In this document: positions 26,666-35,760 of the stretch, piece by piece | Layout: every line of letters begins with the position of its first letter | Numbering within the stretch: the stretch's first letter is position 1 | Origin: Candidatus Hecatellales archaeon B24 | GTDB taxonomy: Archaea; Thermoproteota; Bathyarchaeia; Hecatellales; Hecatellaceae | Direction of reading: 5' to 3' | DNA length: 37,703 nucleotides | NCBI GenBank assembly: GCA_001593855.1 | Contig: LUCC01000004.1 | Location: forward strand, 1 to 37,703 | Program-made: the position numbers and the translations under genes | The notes under the pieces: model-generated | What the model saw: the letters and a program-made list of their open reading frames with translations, nothing else | Told to the model about the DNA's origin: nothing | Databases searched by the model: none

Positions 26666-27785
26666 GGGTGCAGCCACCCGGAAATACACGGTTTTCCCCT
26701 TCGGACCTCAGCATCCTGTTCTGCCCGAGCCCATTCAGCTCAGGTTCACCGTGGACGAGGAAAAAATAGTTGACGTAGGCGTGAACGTGGGCTATATTCA
26801 CCGGGGGGTGGAAAGAGCCTGCGAGCTTAACGACTACCAGCGGAACGTATACCTCTGCGAAAGGGTCTGCGGAATATGCAATGTAATGCATGCCTTATGC
26901 TACTGTATGGCTTTGGAGAAGCTTGTGGACGTGGAGGTTCCTGAAAGAGCCCAGTATTTGAGGGTTATATGGGCAGAGCTTAACAGGCTTGAAAGCCACC
27001 TCCTATGGCTGGGCCTCCTAGCCGACGCCATGGGCTTCGAAAGCCTCTTCATGCAGTTCTGGAGGGACAGGGAAATCGTTATGGACCTCCAGGAGCGTAC
27101 AGGTGGAAACAGGGTTATACCTTCAACCTGCGTGGTTGGAGGGGTTAGAAGGGACATTCTTAAGCCCTTGGCTGAACGTTTCAGGGAAGGCATGATTGAG
27201 CTTAGAAGGCGGGTGGACAAGCTTGCCCCAGTCATTCTTAAGGACCCAGCCTTCAAGAGGAGAACCGTTGGGAAAGGCTTTCTGTCCTATGACGACGCCC
27301 TGATGCTTGGAGCCGTAGGCCCCACAGGCAGGGGAAGCGGCCTAGTGAAAGACATCAGGCTTGAAGGCTACCAGGCCTACAAGCACCTCAAATTTGAGCC
27401 CGTAGTGGAAAAGGACGGCGACGTTTACGCCAGAACCCTTGTAAGGTTCTACGAGGTATACCAGGCCATAGACTTGATTCTCGAAGCCTTAAAAAGCATG
27501 CCTGAAGGGGAAATCAGGGTTAAACCTGAAAAGTGGCCTGAAGGAGAGGCTGTGGCAAGGGTTGAGCAGCCTAGAGGAGAACTTTTCTACTATGTTAAAG
27601 GGAACGGAACTAACAGGCTTGAAAGAGTTAAAATTCGAACTCCAACCCTCGCCAACATTCCGCCTTTGCTTGCCATGCTTCCAGGATACGAGGTAGCAGA
27701 CATACCTGTAATCGTTCTCTCCATAGACCCCTGCATAGCCTGCACTGAAAGGATAACCCATGTTAAGAAGGGAGGGGGAAACTGA
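26658..27785 (+). CDS. [NiFe]-hydrogenase large subunit, group 4 (EchE/NuoD-like)
   Basis: Both Ni-Fe ligand pairs are present: RVCGICNVMH (26862-26891) and DPCIACTER (27727-27753). GGAGGTG lies 8 nt upstream of ATG 26658. The track start GTG 26649 is also possible. Confidence 0.9.
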   Translation: MSKGAATRKYTVFPFGPQHPVLPEPIQLRFTVDEEKIVDVGVNVGYIHRGVERACELNDYQRNVYLCERVCGICNVMHALCYCMALEKLVDVEVPERAQYLRVIWAELNRLESHLLWLGLLADAMGFESLFMQFWRDREIVMDLQERTGGNRVIPSTCVVGGVRRDILKPLAERFREGMIELRRRVDKLAPVILKDPAFKRRTVGKGFLSYDDALMLGAVGPTGRGSGLVKDIRLEGYQAYKHLKFEPVVEKDGDVYARTLVRFYEVYQAIDLILEALKSMPEGEIRVKPEKWPEGEAVARVEQPRGELFYYVKGNGTNRLERVKIRTPTLANIPPLLAMLPGYEVADIPVIVLSIDPCIACTERITHVKKGGGN

Positions 27786-28120
27786 TGGTTCGAATGCTGC
27801 CCAACATCCTGAGAAACCTCTTCTCCAAGCCTGCAACGGTTAAACATCCCTTCGTGAAGAGGGAACCCTTCCCCGGCCACCGTGGAACGATAACCTTCGA
27901 CATGAAGAAATGCGACCTATGCCAGGACTGTGAGAGACTCTGCCCTCCAGTAGCCATAAAAGTTGACCCTGAAGCCAGAACCATAACCTACGACCCCTTC
28001 AAATGCATATACTGCTACCTCTGCGTTACCAACTGCCTTCAAAGAGCCATAAGAGGGCGTCCAGCCTACACCCCGCCAGCCTACCAGAAAGAGATAGTAT
28101 ACTATAAGCCTGAAGAATAA
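27785..28120 (+). CDS. 2x[4Fe-4S] ferredoxin-like hydrogenase subunit (EchF/NuoI-like)
   Basis: CDLCQDCERLCP and CIYCYLCVTNC cluster motifs. The ATG overlaps the upstream TGA. Confidence 0.85.
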   Translation: MVRMLPNILRNLFSKPATVKHPFVKREPFPGHRGTITFDMKKCDLCQDCERLCPPVAIKVDPEARTITYDPFKCIYCYLCVTNCLQRAIRGRPAYTPPAYQKEIVYYKPEE

Positions 28121-28129
28121 GAGGGATAC

Positions 28130-28612
28130 TTAGAAGACCTTCGGGATAAACCTCCACCTAACCCTCCGCGTATACTCCCTGTATTCGCTTCCAAACTTTT
28201 CAAGCAGAAGCCTTTCCTCTCTTAAAGCTGTGAGAACCGTTAGAACGGTGAAAACCGCTGCTGGAATAAGTATCCAGGCTATACCCCACAGGATGGCGAC
28301 GCCGAAATACATGAGGATTAAGCTGAGATAGCAGGGATGCCTAATCTTCGAGTAGATTCCAGCCGTTACAAGCCTGTCAATTCCCTCAACGGCTTCATGG
28401 GCTTTCCTATGGAAGACGTGAGCCTGCCTGTGAATTATCCCCCCAGCAAGAAAGACTGCAGCGCCAGCCATGTTCGTCAGCGGAGAGAACGGTATGGTCG
28501 GGGCTGAAAACAGTGTTCCTACAACTCCAATCACGATAAGTATAGGCCATTCAATAACGCTTCTGATGGAAGGTTTCAGCAGCAAATACCTGTCCAGAAT
28601 TTTCCAGCTCAT
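28130..28612 (-). CDS. isoprenylcysteine carboxyl methyltransferase (ICMT)/PEMT-family membrane methyltransferase
   Basis: Multi-TM protein with [20 protein letters not shown] and [17 protein letters not shown]-terminal motifs. Confidence 0.75.
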   Translation of the reverse strand: MSWKILDRYLLLKPSIRSVIEWPILIVIGVVGTLFSAPTIPFSPLTNMAGAAVFLAGGIIHRQAHVFHRKAHEAVEGIDRLVTAGIYSKIRHPCYLSLILMYFGVAILWGIAWILIPAAVFTVLTVLTALREERLLLEKFGSEYREYTRRVRWRFIPKVF

Positions 28613-28634
28613 CCGCTTGCACGTATGTTTTTCA

Positions 28635-29666
28635 TCAAGCGTTTTGTAAAACCTTTTCGGCTATGGCTTCAGCCATCTGGCTTGTGGTAGCTGAGCCTCC
28701 AAGGTCATACGTTTTAACTTTCCCCTCCCTTAAAACCTCGATTACGGATTTTTCAACTTTTTCAGCTGCTCCTGTTTCCCCGAGAAATTCCAGCAGCATT
28801 TTAGCTGCGAGAATGGTGGCCACCGGATTAACCTTGTTTTGGCCTGCATACTTGGGGGCTGAGCCGTGGACAGGCTCGAACATCCCGTATTTTTCGCCTA
28901 GATTGGCTCCTGCGGCAAGTCCTAGGCCTCCAACAAGCCCTGCCGCCTCATCCGACAGGATGTCCCCGAACATGTTGGTGGTTACGATCACGTCGAAGGT
29001 TTGAGGCCGCCTTACAAGCTGCATGGCTGCAGCGTCAACCCTAAGCTCCTCTACCTCCACTTCAGGATATTCCTCTGCCACGTCTAGAACGGCCTGCTTG
29101 AAAATGCTGTCTGTCAGCTTTAAAATGTTAGCCTTGTGCACGTAGGTCAGCTTCTTCTTGCGTTTACGCGCTAGGTTGAAGGCGAATCTTGCCACCCGCT
29201 CCGACGCCCTACGCGTTATAAGCCTCGTTGAAATTCCCACTCCAGGAGCGATCTCGAATTCTCTGGCATAGTAGAAGCCTTCAGTGTTCTCTCTCACGAT
29301 TACCAAGTCTATGTCGGGTCTGAGGCATGGAACGTTTGGAAGGCTTCGAGCAGGCCTAACGTTAGCGTAAAGGTCGAACATGGTTCTAATTTTAACGGCG
29401 ACGCTTACAGGCGAACCTGGCTCCTCTGGAGTGGTTACAGGACCCTTGAAGCAGGCGTGAGACTGCTTAAGCTTTTCAACGGTTTCCTCCGGAAGGTTGG
29501 TTCCATATTTAGGTATAACGGAAACCCCTGCCTCGCACATTAAATATTCAAACCTAACGCTTCCAGCAGCCTCTTGAACAGCGTCTAAAACCTTTAAGGC
29601 TGCTTTCACAACCTCCGGCCCTATGCCCTCTCCGGGAATAACTGCAATCCTATAGGTTCCAGCCAA
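28635..29666 (-). CDS. 3-isopropylmalate / homoisocitrate dehydrogenase family
   Basis: [14 protein letters not shown]-terminus, [28 protein letters not shown] signature. Confidence 0.9.
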   Translation of the reverse strand: MAGTYRIAVIPGEGIGPEVVKAALKVLDAVQEAAGSVRFEYLMCEAGVSVIPKYGTNLPEETVEKLKQSHACFKGPVTTPEEPGSPVSVAVKIRTMFDLYANVRPARSLPNVPCLRPDIDLVIVRENTEGFYYAREFEIAPGVGISTRLITRRASERVARFAFNLARKRKKKLTYVHKANILKLTDSIFKQAVLDVAEEYPEVEVEELRVDAAAMQLVRRPQTFDVIVTTNMFGDILSDEAAGLVGGLGLAAGANLGEKYGMFEPVHGSAPKYAGQNKVNPVATILAAKMLLEFLGETGAAEKVEKSVIEVLREGKVKTYDLGGSATTSQMAEAIAEKVLQNA

Positions 29667-29717
29667 CCCTAAACCTTCCCGACTTCAGCCTCTTCAAAAA
29701 ATCCCAGCTTTCAATTA

Positions 29718-30962
29718 TTAACTTTTCTGCAGGCCGTTTCCTATTTTCAAGCTTGTAAGCAGGGGCACTTCGACTAGAAGTATCAAGGCGAGGATTATGT
29801 AGGCTGAAACGAAGCCTAAGCCCTCGACGAGAAGGCCTGTCAGGGTTGAAGACAGCGAAGCTGCAGCCATGCTGGCTGTGAAAAGAACGCCGTAGCCTAT
29901 CCCCCAGGCCTCCCTGGGTGTAAGGTCTGTGGCTAAAGCGTCGTGAAGCGTTATAATCGACCACACGGCTATCCCGGCAGCCACCACTAAGGGTATGGGG
30001 TTCTCCCACGGCGCTAAAGCCATAGCTGTGATTAAGCTTGAAGAGGCAACTACCATGGCCAACATGAGCCTTCTACGTTCCACCCTGTCGGCTAGATACC
30101 CTGTTAAAGGCTGAATTATTCCTGCAACGTAGAAAAGCGCGTAATAGTATCCTGTCTGGGCTGCCGCTATCCCATAGATGGAGATTAAGAAGAGAGGCAG
30201 AAAGTTTCCAACCCCCCTAATCGACAGCGTCATCATCATGAACATGGACAGAAGACGCTTAAACCCGTAGACCTGGAAGAGGTTTTTCAAGGATATAGGC
30301 TTCTCCACAGGCCTAACCTCAGGTGTAGCAGCCAGCAGAATGAGGGCTCCCAACGCGAAGCCTAAAACCGAGAAGAGGACCAGCGGAATTCTCCAGCCTA
30401 GAGGAATTAAAGCCGCTACAGCTGCCGGTGTTAAGGTGAACCCAAGCGAAGAGGAGAAGCCATGTATTCCCAGGGCCTTCCCGCGTTGATCCCTCGGGAA
30501 AACATCTGATATGAGGCGGAGCGATAGGGGGTGGTGGGCTGAGCCTCCAAGCCCTGCAAGAGCCTGAAAGGCGAGGATAGCATAGTAGTGGGTGGATGTG
30601 GCTGTTAGAAGCATTCCGGCGGAGGACAGTAGAAGCCCGAAGCCCATAAGCTTGGCAGGGTTAAATCTTCCAGCTAAAACTCCGACGGGAATCTGTCCTA
30701 CCGCGTAGGTGGCAAGGAAAACAGAGAAGATAATTCCAGCCTCCATATAAGTTAACCTGAACTCTTCCAGAATCATGGGTGAAAGAGCTGGAACCAGAAT
30801 CCAGAAGCTATGGTTCATAGCGTGCGATACCGAAATTGAAAGCAGAGCTTGAAGGCTGCGTGGAGAGGTCTCACTCAACCTTTCTTCCCTCCAAGCCTCC
30901 GTGAAAAGCCTGAATTCTCCATGTCCTTGAAAGTCAGCCATCCGCCAACTTATAGTCAGCAA
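29718..30962 (-). CDS. MFS transporter
   Basis: 12-TM profile with MFS loop motifs (GVLAGRFNP, DRVERRR). Confidence 0.85.
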   Translation of the reverse strand: MLTISWRMADFQGHGEFRLFTEAWREERLSETSPRSLQALLSISVSHAMNHSFWILVPALSPMILEEFRLTYMEAGIIFSVFLATYAVGQIPVGVLAGRFNPAKLMGFGLLLSSAGMLLTATSTHYYAILAFQALAGLGGSAHHPLSLRLISDVFPRDQRGKALGIHGFSSSLGFTLTPAAVAALIPLGWRIPLVLFSVLGFALGALILLAATPEVRPVEKPISLKNLFQVYGFKRLLSMFMMMTLSIRGVGNFLPLFLISIYGIAAAQTGYYYALFYVAGIIQPLTGYLADRVERRRLMLAMVVASSSLITAMALAPWENPIPLVVAAGIAVWSIITLHDALATDLTPREAWGIGYGVLFTASMAAASLSSTLTGLLVEGLGFVSAYIILALILLVEVPLLTSLKIGNGLQKS

Positions 30963-31112
30963 GCCGGATATTAGCGGTTTTCGCTTCCACCGGCGGAGTC
31001 TAAAAATCCGTAATGGTTAAATGAAAAAACGATTTTTAAGGGTTAAAAGGGAAGGTTCAAAGGCTTCCTTCATCATGGTATGGGCGGCTGCTTCACGTAA
31101 AAAGGGTCTGCC

Positions 31113-31886
31113 GTGATGAAGCTTTACGTGATTTACGGAGACGAATTCGCAGAGCGTTTCATAGGCAACCTGTTGAACTATTCGGCTTTCTGCGAAGCAT
31201 GTGGGCTGTTCTGTGAGCACTGCAGGACTGCCTACCCGTCTTATGCTTCAGACTTCGAAGGCGTTTTCAGGGTGGAAACCGGGCTTCCCTCCTTCATTGA
31301 GGAGCCGGAAGGCTATCTTCCCTCAAGCATAGGCTCGGCTGAAGTGCTGGTTGCTGTTGGAATCCACGTAGACCTGCTTCTCGCCATCCCTAAACTCGTA
31401 GTCAACAGCAAGGTTAAAGGCGTAATAGTTCCAGTGGAGCACAGCCACTGGTGTCCTCCAGCCGTCAGAAGCCAGCTTAAAAGCGAACTCAGCGAGATGA
31501 ACGTTGAGTCAGCATTTCCAAAGCCCTTCTGCGCCCTTGAGAAGCCTGAAAAAGGAGGAATAATCGACGTCTTCATCGAGAGATATATGATTGGAAGACC
31601 TAAACTCGAGGTTAAAATTGTCCGGGGAGAAATCCGTGGAACCCGTGTTTTAAGAAGTGCCCCCTGCGGTTCAACATGGTATATCGCCCAGCAGATTAAG
31701 GGGCATAGGGTGGAAGGCATAGAAGAGGTTATATCTAAAGCCCACCACTCCTACCCTTGCACGGCCAGCATGGAAGTAGACAGGGAAATAGGCGACACCA
31801 TCCTCCATAAGGCTGGATATATAATAAGAGAGGAAGTGCTGGAAGCCATAGGAAGGGCGCAGTCTGCTGAAACGTTCGAAGGCTGA
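31113..31886 (+). CDS. DUF166-like cysteine-rich protein
   Basis: VIYGDEFAERFIGNL..CEACGLFCEHCR...AVGIHVDLL...VIVPVE...PKPFCALE is as I remember the DUF166 pattern. ATG 31116 is an alternative start. Confidence 0.5.
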   Translation: MMKLYVIYGDEFAERFIGNLLNYSAFCEACGLFCEHCRTAYPSYASDFEGVFRVETGLPSFIEEPEGYLPSSIGSAEVLVAVGIHVDLLLAIPKLVVNSKVKGVIVPVEHSHWCPPAVRSQLKSELSEMNVESAFPKPFCALEKPEKGGIIDVFIERYMIGRPKLEVKIVRGEIRGTRVLRSAPCGSTWYIAQQIKGHRVEGIEEVISKAHHSYPCTASMEVDREIGDTILHKAGYIIREEVLEAIGRAQSAETFEG

Positions 31887-31920
31887 CTTCAAGTGAAGTT
31901 TTAAGCTAAGGCGTGCTCAG

Positions 31921-32283
31921 TTAAGCCTTGGCGAAGACCGTTTCTAAGGCTTTCTTTGCCGTTCGAATTGTCTGCGCCCCACCGCTTACAAAAGCTACTT
32001 TCAAGGCTTCTAAGACTTCCTCGCGGGTTGCTCCAAGGTTTAATGCAGCTCTCATAGACTGAACCACGCAGTCCTCACACATTCTCGCAGCGCCAATACC
32101 CATAACCAGCAACATTTTGTATTTGGCAGGCAGAGCACCGTCACTGAGGATAACCTTGTTGCAGTGCTCGTAGAAGGATGCTGAGGAAGGATCTAACCTT
32201 ACGAAAACCTCCATCGGACCAGGTTCAAACCCTATTCTCCTAGAAACTTTCCTGGAAACTTTTCTACCTGGCAATGTTGACAC
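31921..32283 (-). CDS. carboxymuconolactone decarboxylase (AhpD-like) family protein with CxxC
   Basis: CMD pattern LPAKYKMLLVMGIGAARMCEDCVVQSMRAALNLGATREEVLEAL. Confidence 0.8.
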   Translation of the reverse strand: MSTLPGRKVSRKVSRRIGFEPGPMEVFVRLDPSSASFYEHCNKVILSDGALPAKYKMLLVMGIGAARMCEDCVVQSMRAALNLGATREEVLEALKVAFVSGGAQTIRTAKKALETVFAKA

Positions 32284-32325
32284 CGAGAAAGAACTCTCTC
32301 GGAGGAGGATAAAAAGGTTTCACCG

Positions 32326-32910
32326 CTACCCGAAATGCTTTTTGAAAACTTGGTAGAGGTCTGCTGGCTTCTCCAGTATGAACACGCCTTCCATTCTAGT
32401 CAGCCTTTCAACGTTTTCCACGTCTTCTCTTCTCACCCTCAGCTTTAGGCTGCGGCCGCTGGGAAGCTTTGTAACTATAACGCCTTCCCTGTAATCGGAG
32501 GGCATTACGTAGACGGGGACGAAGGCTTTAAGAGCCATAATCGCCGAATTAGAGAGCAGGCTGTCCGCTATCCCCAGCGAAATCTTCGCAACAGTATTCG
32601 ACGTGGCCGGAGCTATCAGTAAAAAGTCAAACTTTCCCAGTTGCAGCTGGCCGGCTAGAAACGGCGAATTCGCGTCAGTTTCAACCCAAAGCCTGCCGAA
32701 GTTCTTCTCCAAATCGCCGGTAAGCCTGTAATATTTCGCGACTAGGCTTCCAGCCTTAGAAAGGAAAACCTTTATGTCTGCGATGCCCTCGTATTTTCTC
32801 TTTATTTTCTTCATGGTTTCAACGGTTTCAGTCAGTCTGTCCCCGCTGCCTGTGATTCCCCAAGCAACTTTTCCCTTCTTTTCCGCCTTCAAGGCGTGTA
32901 GGCACCTCAC
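32326..32910 (-). CDS. archaeoflavoprotein AfpA-like (HFCD/Dfp-fold flavoprotein)
   Basis: VAWGITGSGD N-terminus and LIAPATSNTVAKISLGIADSLL flavoprotein motif. Confidence 0.75.
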   Translation of the reverse strand: MRCLHALKAEKKGKVAWGITGSGDRLTETVETMKKIKRKYEGIADIKVFLSKAGSLVAKYYRLTGDLEKNFGRLWVETDANSPFLAGQLQLGKFDFLLIAPATSNTVAKISLGIADSLLSNSAIMALKAFVPVYVMPSDYREGVIVTKLPSGRSLKLRVRREDVENVERLTRMEGVFILEKPADLYQVFKKHFG

Positions 32911-33497
32911 TCTTTAACTTCAAGCTTCTCCAGGAATTCAGCAAATCTTTTAACGGTTTTTCTCAGGCTTCTAAATCCCTCCAAGTCTTTCTTGACGTCT
33001 TCCAAGGTGTCTTTAGACCAGAAGGTGGCTCCAAGGTTTGCTCCGAAAGCTCCTCCGCTAACCGGGATAACCCCGTTTAAAATGTAGAAAGTCATGATTT
33101 GCTGTAATGCTAGCTCTTGGCCGCCAGCCCTGTCTCCTCCAACCGCAACAGCCATGCCGATTTTATACTTGAAGATGTTAGGGTTTGACGCGACTAGGGC
33201 TCGGCATCGGTCCATAACAGCCTTCATCTGCCCGCTTACCCCGCCGTTGTAAACGGGGGTGGCGATTATTATTCCTCTGGCTTTCCCGAGTAAAGGGTAA
33301 AGCTCATACATGTCGTCTTTAATCGCGCATTCCTTGTTTTTCAGGCAGTAGTCGCAGTGCTGGCAGGGAGCAATCTTCCTGCCTCTGACGGTGAAAAACT
33401 CCGTTTTAAACCCCTTCTTCTCCAGCATTTTCAGGGCTTCCTTCAGAACATGCTCCGTTGCCTGCCTTCTAGGGCTTCCGCATATGCCCAGTATCAT
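32907..33497 (-). CDS. iron-sulfur flavoprotein (Isf; NADPH-dependent FMN reductase fold)
   Basis: ILGICGSPR flavodoxin-like start and the compact Isf cluster motif CQHCDYCLKNKEC (CX2CX2CX5C). Overlaps the afpA-like gene by 4 nt. Confidence 0.8.
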   Translation of the reverse strand: MILGICGSPRRQATEHVLKEALKMLEKKGFKTEFFTVRGRKIAPCQHCDYCLKNKECAIKDDMYELYPLLGKARGIIIATPVYNGGVSGQMKAVMDRCRALVASNPNIFKYKIGMAVAVGGDRAGGQELALQQIMTFYILNGVIPVSGGAFGANLGATFWSKDTLEDVKKDLEGFRSLRKTVKRFAEFLEKLEVKE

Positions 33498-33598
33498 AGC
33501 TCAGAAACTCTCCGAATTTCAAAATCGTGGAAGTCTCTTTCCTCTTTAGGATAGGGAAGGGGATGAAAATATAAAAAGTTGGAGGGGGTTAGGTAGGA

Positions 33599-33760
33599 CT
33601 ACTTTAAAGGCTCAAACTGTTCTTTGGGAGCCCCGCAAATCGGGCAAATCCAGTCTTCAGGAAGGTTTTCAAACCTGGTTCCCGCCGGAATGTTGTTTTC
33701 AGGGTCTCCCTTTTCCTCGTCGTATATGTACCCGCAGATGGTGCACCTGTACTTTGCCAA
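33599..33760 (-). CDS. rubredoxin
   Basis: Unlisted 53-aa TTG-start ORF (M)[52 protein letters not shown] with both CxxCG knuckles. Confidence 0.85.
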   Translation of the reverse strand: MAKYRCTICGYIYDEEKGDPENNIPAGTRFENLPEDWICPICGAPKEQFEPLK

Positions 33761-33763
33761 GGC

Positions 33764-34120
33764 TTAACCCTCCGCATGGACAGGAGCGGTTTTCGGGGTG
33801 CCTCCCCTCTTCACCAAGCGATAGTAAGCGTAGGTCATAGGTTCTCCACCCGTCAAAACATTGGCGTCCACGATTTCGCCTGCGAAGAGGGTATGGCTGC
33901 CAACGTCAAGCTCCCCTTTAACCTCCACCTCCAACCATGCCAACGTGTTATCCAAAACTATAGGAACACCGGTTCTACCTATTTTAAAGTTGACACCTTC
34001 AAGCTTGTTGATTTCCCTGCCTGACTTGAAGCCGAACCTTCCAATAAAAGACAGCGGAGTGTCCTTTGAAAGAGCTGAAACCGGAGAAATAGAGTGCTTC
34101 GACTGGTGGTTCTGCCACAA
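33764..34120 (-). pseudogene. flavin reductase-like (FMN split-barrel) domain, N-terminally truncated remnant
   Basis: Only the C-terminal half of the domain is present (FGFKSGREINKLEG...LEVEVKGELDVGSHTLFAGEIV). The frame is closed by TAA at 34127-34129, right against the divergent rubrerythrin gene. It is in frame with the rubredoxin gene across a single TAA. Confidence 0.55.
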
Positions 34121-34141
34121 GAAAATTTAAATGGCGTGCTG

Positions 34142-34750
34142 ATGCTGAATGAAGGGGGAATAAATTTGGGTGAAACCATAAAAAACCTGGTAAAAGCTTT
34201 CATCGGAGAAAGTCAGGCGAGAAACCGTTACACCTTCTACGCGAAGGCTGCCAAGCAGGAAGGATACGAGCAGATTGCAGAAATCTTTCTCATCACGGCG
34301 GAAAACGAAAAGGAACATGCAAGCACCCTCTTCAAACTTATCAACGAGCTTAAAAAGCAAAGTGGCGGAAGCCTGGATGAAATTAGCGTGGAGGCGGCAG
34401 CTCCAACCGTGTTCGGCACCACCGCGGAAAACCTGAAGGCGGCAATCGCCGGAGAAAACTACGAGTACACCAAAATGTATCCTGAGTTTGCTGAAGTTGC
34501 GGAGAAGGAGGGCTACCCTGAAATCGCGAAGAGGCTTAGGGCGATTGCAAAGGCTGAGGAACACCACGAGGAAAGATATAGAAAACTGCTGAAAGAAGTG
34601 GAAGCTGGCACGGTTTTCAAGAAGGAGAAGGAAGTCTGGTGGGTGTGCAGGGAATGCGGCTACGTCCACTACGGGAAGGAGCCTCCTGAGAAATGTCCCT
34701 CCTGCGACCACCCCAGAAGCTACTTCCAAATTAAATGCGAAGAATATTAA
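34142..34750 (+). CDS. rbr: rubrerythrin
   Basis: Diiron four-helix motifs ([30 protein letters not shown]) plus a C-terminal rubredoxin-like CRECG...CPSC. TTG 34166 after GAAGGGGGA is an alternative start. The track start 34094 is over-extended. Confidence 0.9.
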   Translation: MLNEGGINLGETIKNLVKAFIGESQARNRYTFYAKAAKQEGYEQIAEIFLITAENEKEHASTLFKLINELKKQSGGSLDEISVEAAAPTVFGTTAENLKAAIAGENYEYTKMYPEFAEVAEKEGYPEIAKRLRAIAKAEEHHEERYRKLLKEVEAGTVFKKEKEVWWVCRECGYVHYGKEPPEKCPSCDHPRSYFQIKCEEY

Positions 34751-34763
34751 GGGGGATGAAAAA

Positions 34764-35141
34764 TTGACTGAACTGAAACAGGTTTACAGGTGCAATGTCT
34801 GCGGGAACATAGTTGAGGTTTTACATGCTGGAAAGGGGGAGCTGGTATGCTGCGGCCAGCCTATGGAGCTACTTCAAGAGAAAACAGAGGAAGCTGGGAA
34901 AGAAAAGCATGTGCCCGTGATAGAGAGAACAGAGGCTGAAGTAAAGGTGAAAGTGAGCTCCATTTCTCACCCAATGGAGGAAAACCATTTCATAGAGTGG
35001 GTTGAACTTTTAGCCGACGGCAGAGTGTACAGAAAGTTTCTGAAGCCCGGAGACCTGCCGGAAGCCGAATTTCAGGTGAAAGCTGAAAAGGTGGAGGCAA
35101 GAGAATACTGCAGCGTTCACGGGCTGTGGAAAACCTCCTAA
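34764..35141 (+). CDS. dfx: desulfoferrodoxin (2Fe superoxide reductase)
   Basis: N-terminal desulforedoxin motif CNVCGN...CCGQPM, and centre II residues KHVPVIE...H....EH..W.....C..HG. Confidence 0.9.
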   Translation: MTELKQVYRCNVCGNIVEVLHAGKGELVCCGQPMELLQEKTEEAGKEKHVPVIERTEAEVKVKVSSISHPMEENHFIEWVELLADGRVYRKFLKPGDLPEAEFQVKAEKVEAREYCSVHGLWKTS

Positions 35142-35148
35142 CCCCACA

Positions 35149-35153
35149 TTTTT
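35149..35153 (+). terminator. oligo-T archaeal terminator candidate after dfx
   Basis: T5 run 8 nt downstream of the TAA stop. Confidence 0.3.
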
Positions 35154-35253
35154 AAGCTAGGTCATGAAGGGTGCTTGCTAAGAGCTTAAACGTTAAGAAG
35201 CATAGTAGAAAGGTAAGCTGGATTGGCTTGTATGAAGAGGGTGGAAGCTGAAA

Positions 35254-35580
35254 ATGGCTGAACGCGTATGGAAGGGGAAGCCCATACCGGAGTTCAAACT
35301 TTTCCAGGAGAGGTTTCCCAAGCTTTCAGAAGAATTCACCGAGTTGGTCCGTGAAACTTTAGAAGAATCAAAGCTGGAAAGAAAAATACAGGAGCTGGTC
35401 ATAGTTGCCCTTCTCGCAGGCAAGTTTGAAGGAGGCTTCAAGTTCCACCTGAAAGAAGCTATAAGGCACGGGGCGACCAAGGAAGAAGTAGCTGGTGCTA
35501 TTCTTTTAACCCTGCCCTACTGTGATGTGGCTACTTTCCTGAAATCGCTGGCCTGGGCAAGGGAAGAAGGAATACTTTAA
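35254..35580 (+). CDS. carboxymuconolactone decarboxylase (CMD) family protein
   Basis: LERKIQELVIVALLAG......H...A...GATKEEVAGAILLTLPY pattern. Confidence 0.75.
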   Translation: MAERVWKGKPIPEFKLFQERFPKLSEEFTELVRETLEESKLERKIQELVIVALLAGKFEGGFKFHLKEAIRHGATKEEVAGAILLTLPYCDVATFLKSLAWAREEGIL

Positions 35581-35760
35581 CATGAAAACATGGAAATTAT
35601 CGCCCGAAGCGTACCTAATATCATTAAGATGATGTTTGAAACACTGGAGTTGAAGGACTAAATGAGGTAACGGAGGTTTAAGCCCCATCTGTCACGGGTT
35701 CTAGGAAAACTTGATTCGCCAAAATTACTGAACAGGGAAAGACTTTTCGCATAATCCTGC

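Noticed and set aside
26649-27785. Possibility that the NuoD-like protein is a non-hydrogenase (Mbx/Nuo-type) subunit
   Set aside because: Both CxxC ligand pairs (RVCGICNVMH and DPCIACTER) are intact, which is the hallmark of Ni-Fe binding large subunits.
8498-29666. LeuA/CimA (8498-10045) and LeuB-like (28635-29666) as parts of a leucine operon
   Set aside because: They are 18 kb apart with unrelated genes in between, and no leuCD is in the window. They are treated as independent housekeeping genes.
31060-31080. Perfect box C sequence (AUGAUGA on the minus strand) in the MFS/DUF166 spacer, as a possible box C/D sRNA
   Set aside because: No CUGA D box lies within the expected 50-70 nt downstream, and there is no terminal stem. 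The 35627 AUGAUGU site likewise has its nearest CUGA more than 100 nt away.
31017-31220. 67-aa minus-strand ORF spanning the MFS/DUF166 intergenic region
   Set aside because: It overlaps the start of the DUF166-like gene, and it has no RBS and no recognisable motif. It is likely non-coding promoter DNA.
34127-34729. 200-aa minus-strand ORF antisense to rubrerythrin
   Set aside because: The plus frame has the complete diiron and rubredoxin-like motifs. The antisense frame has no motifs and odd composition.
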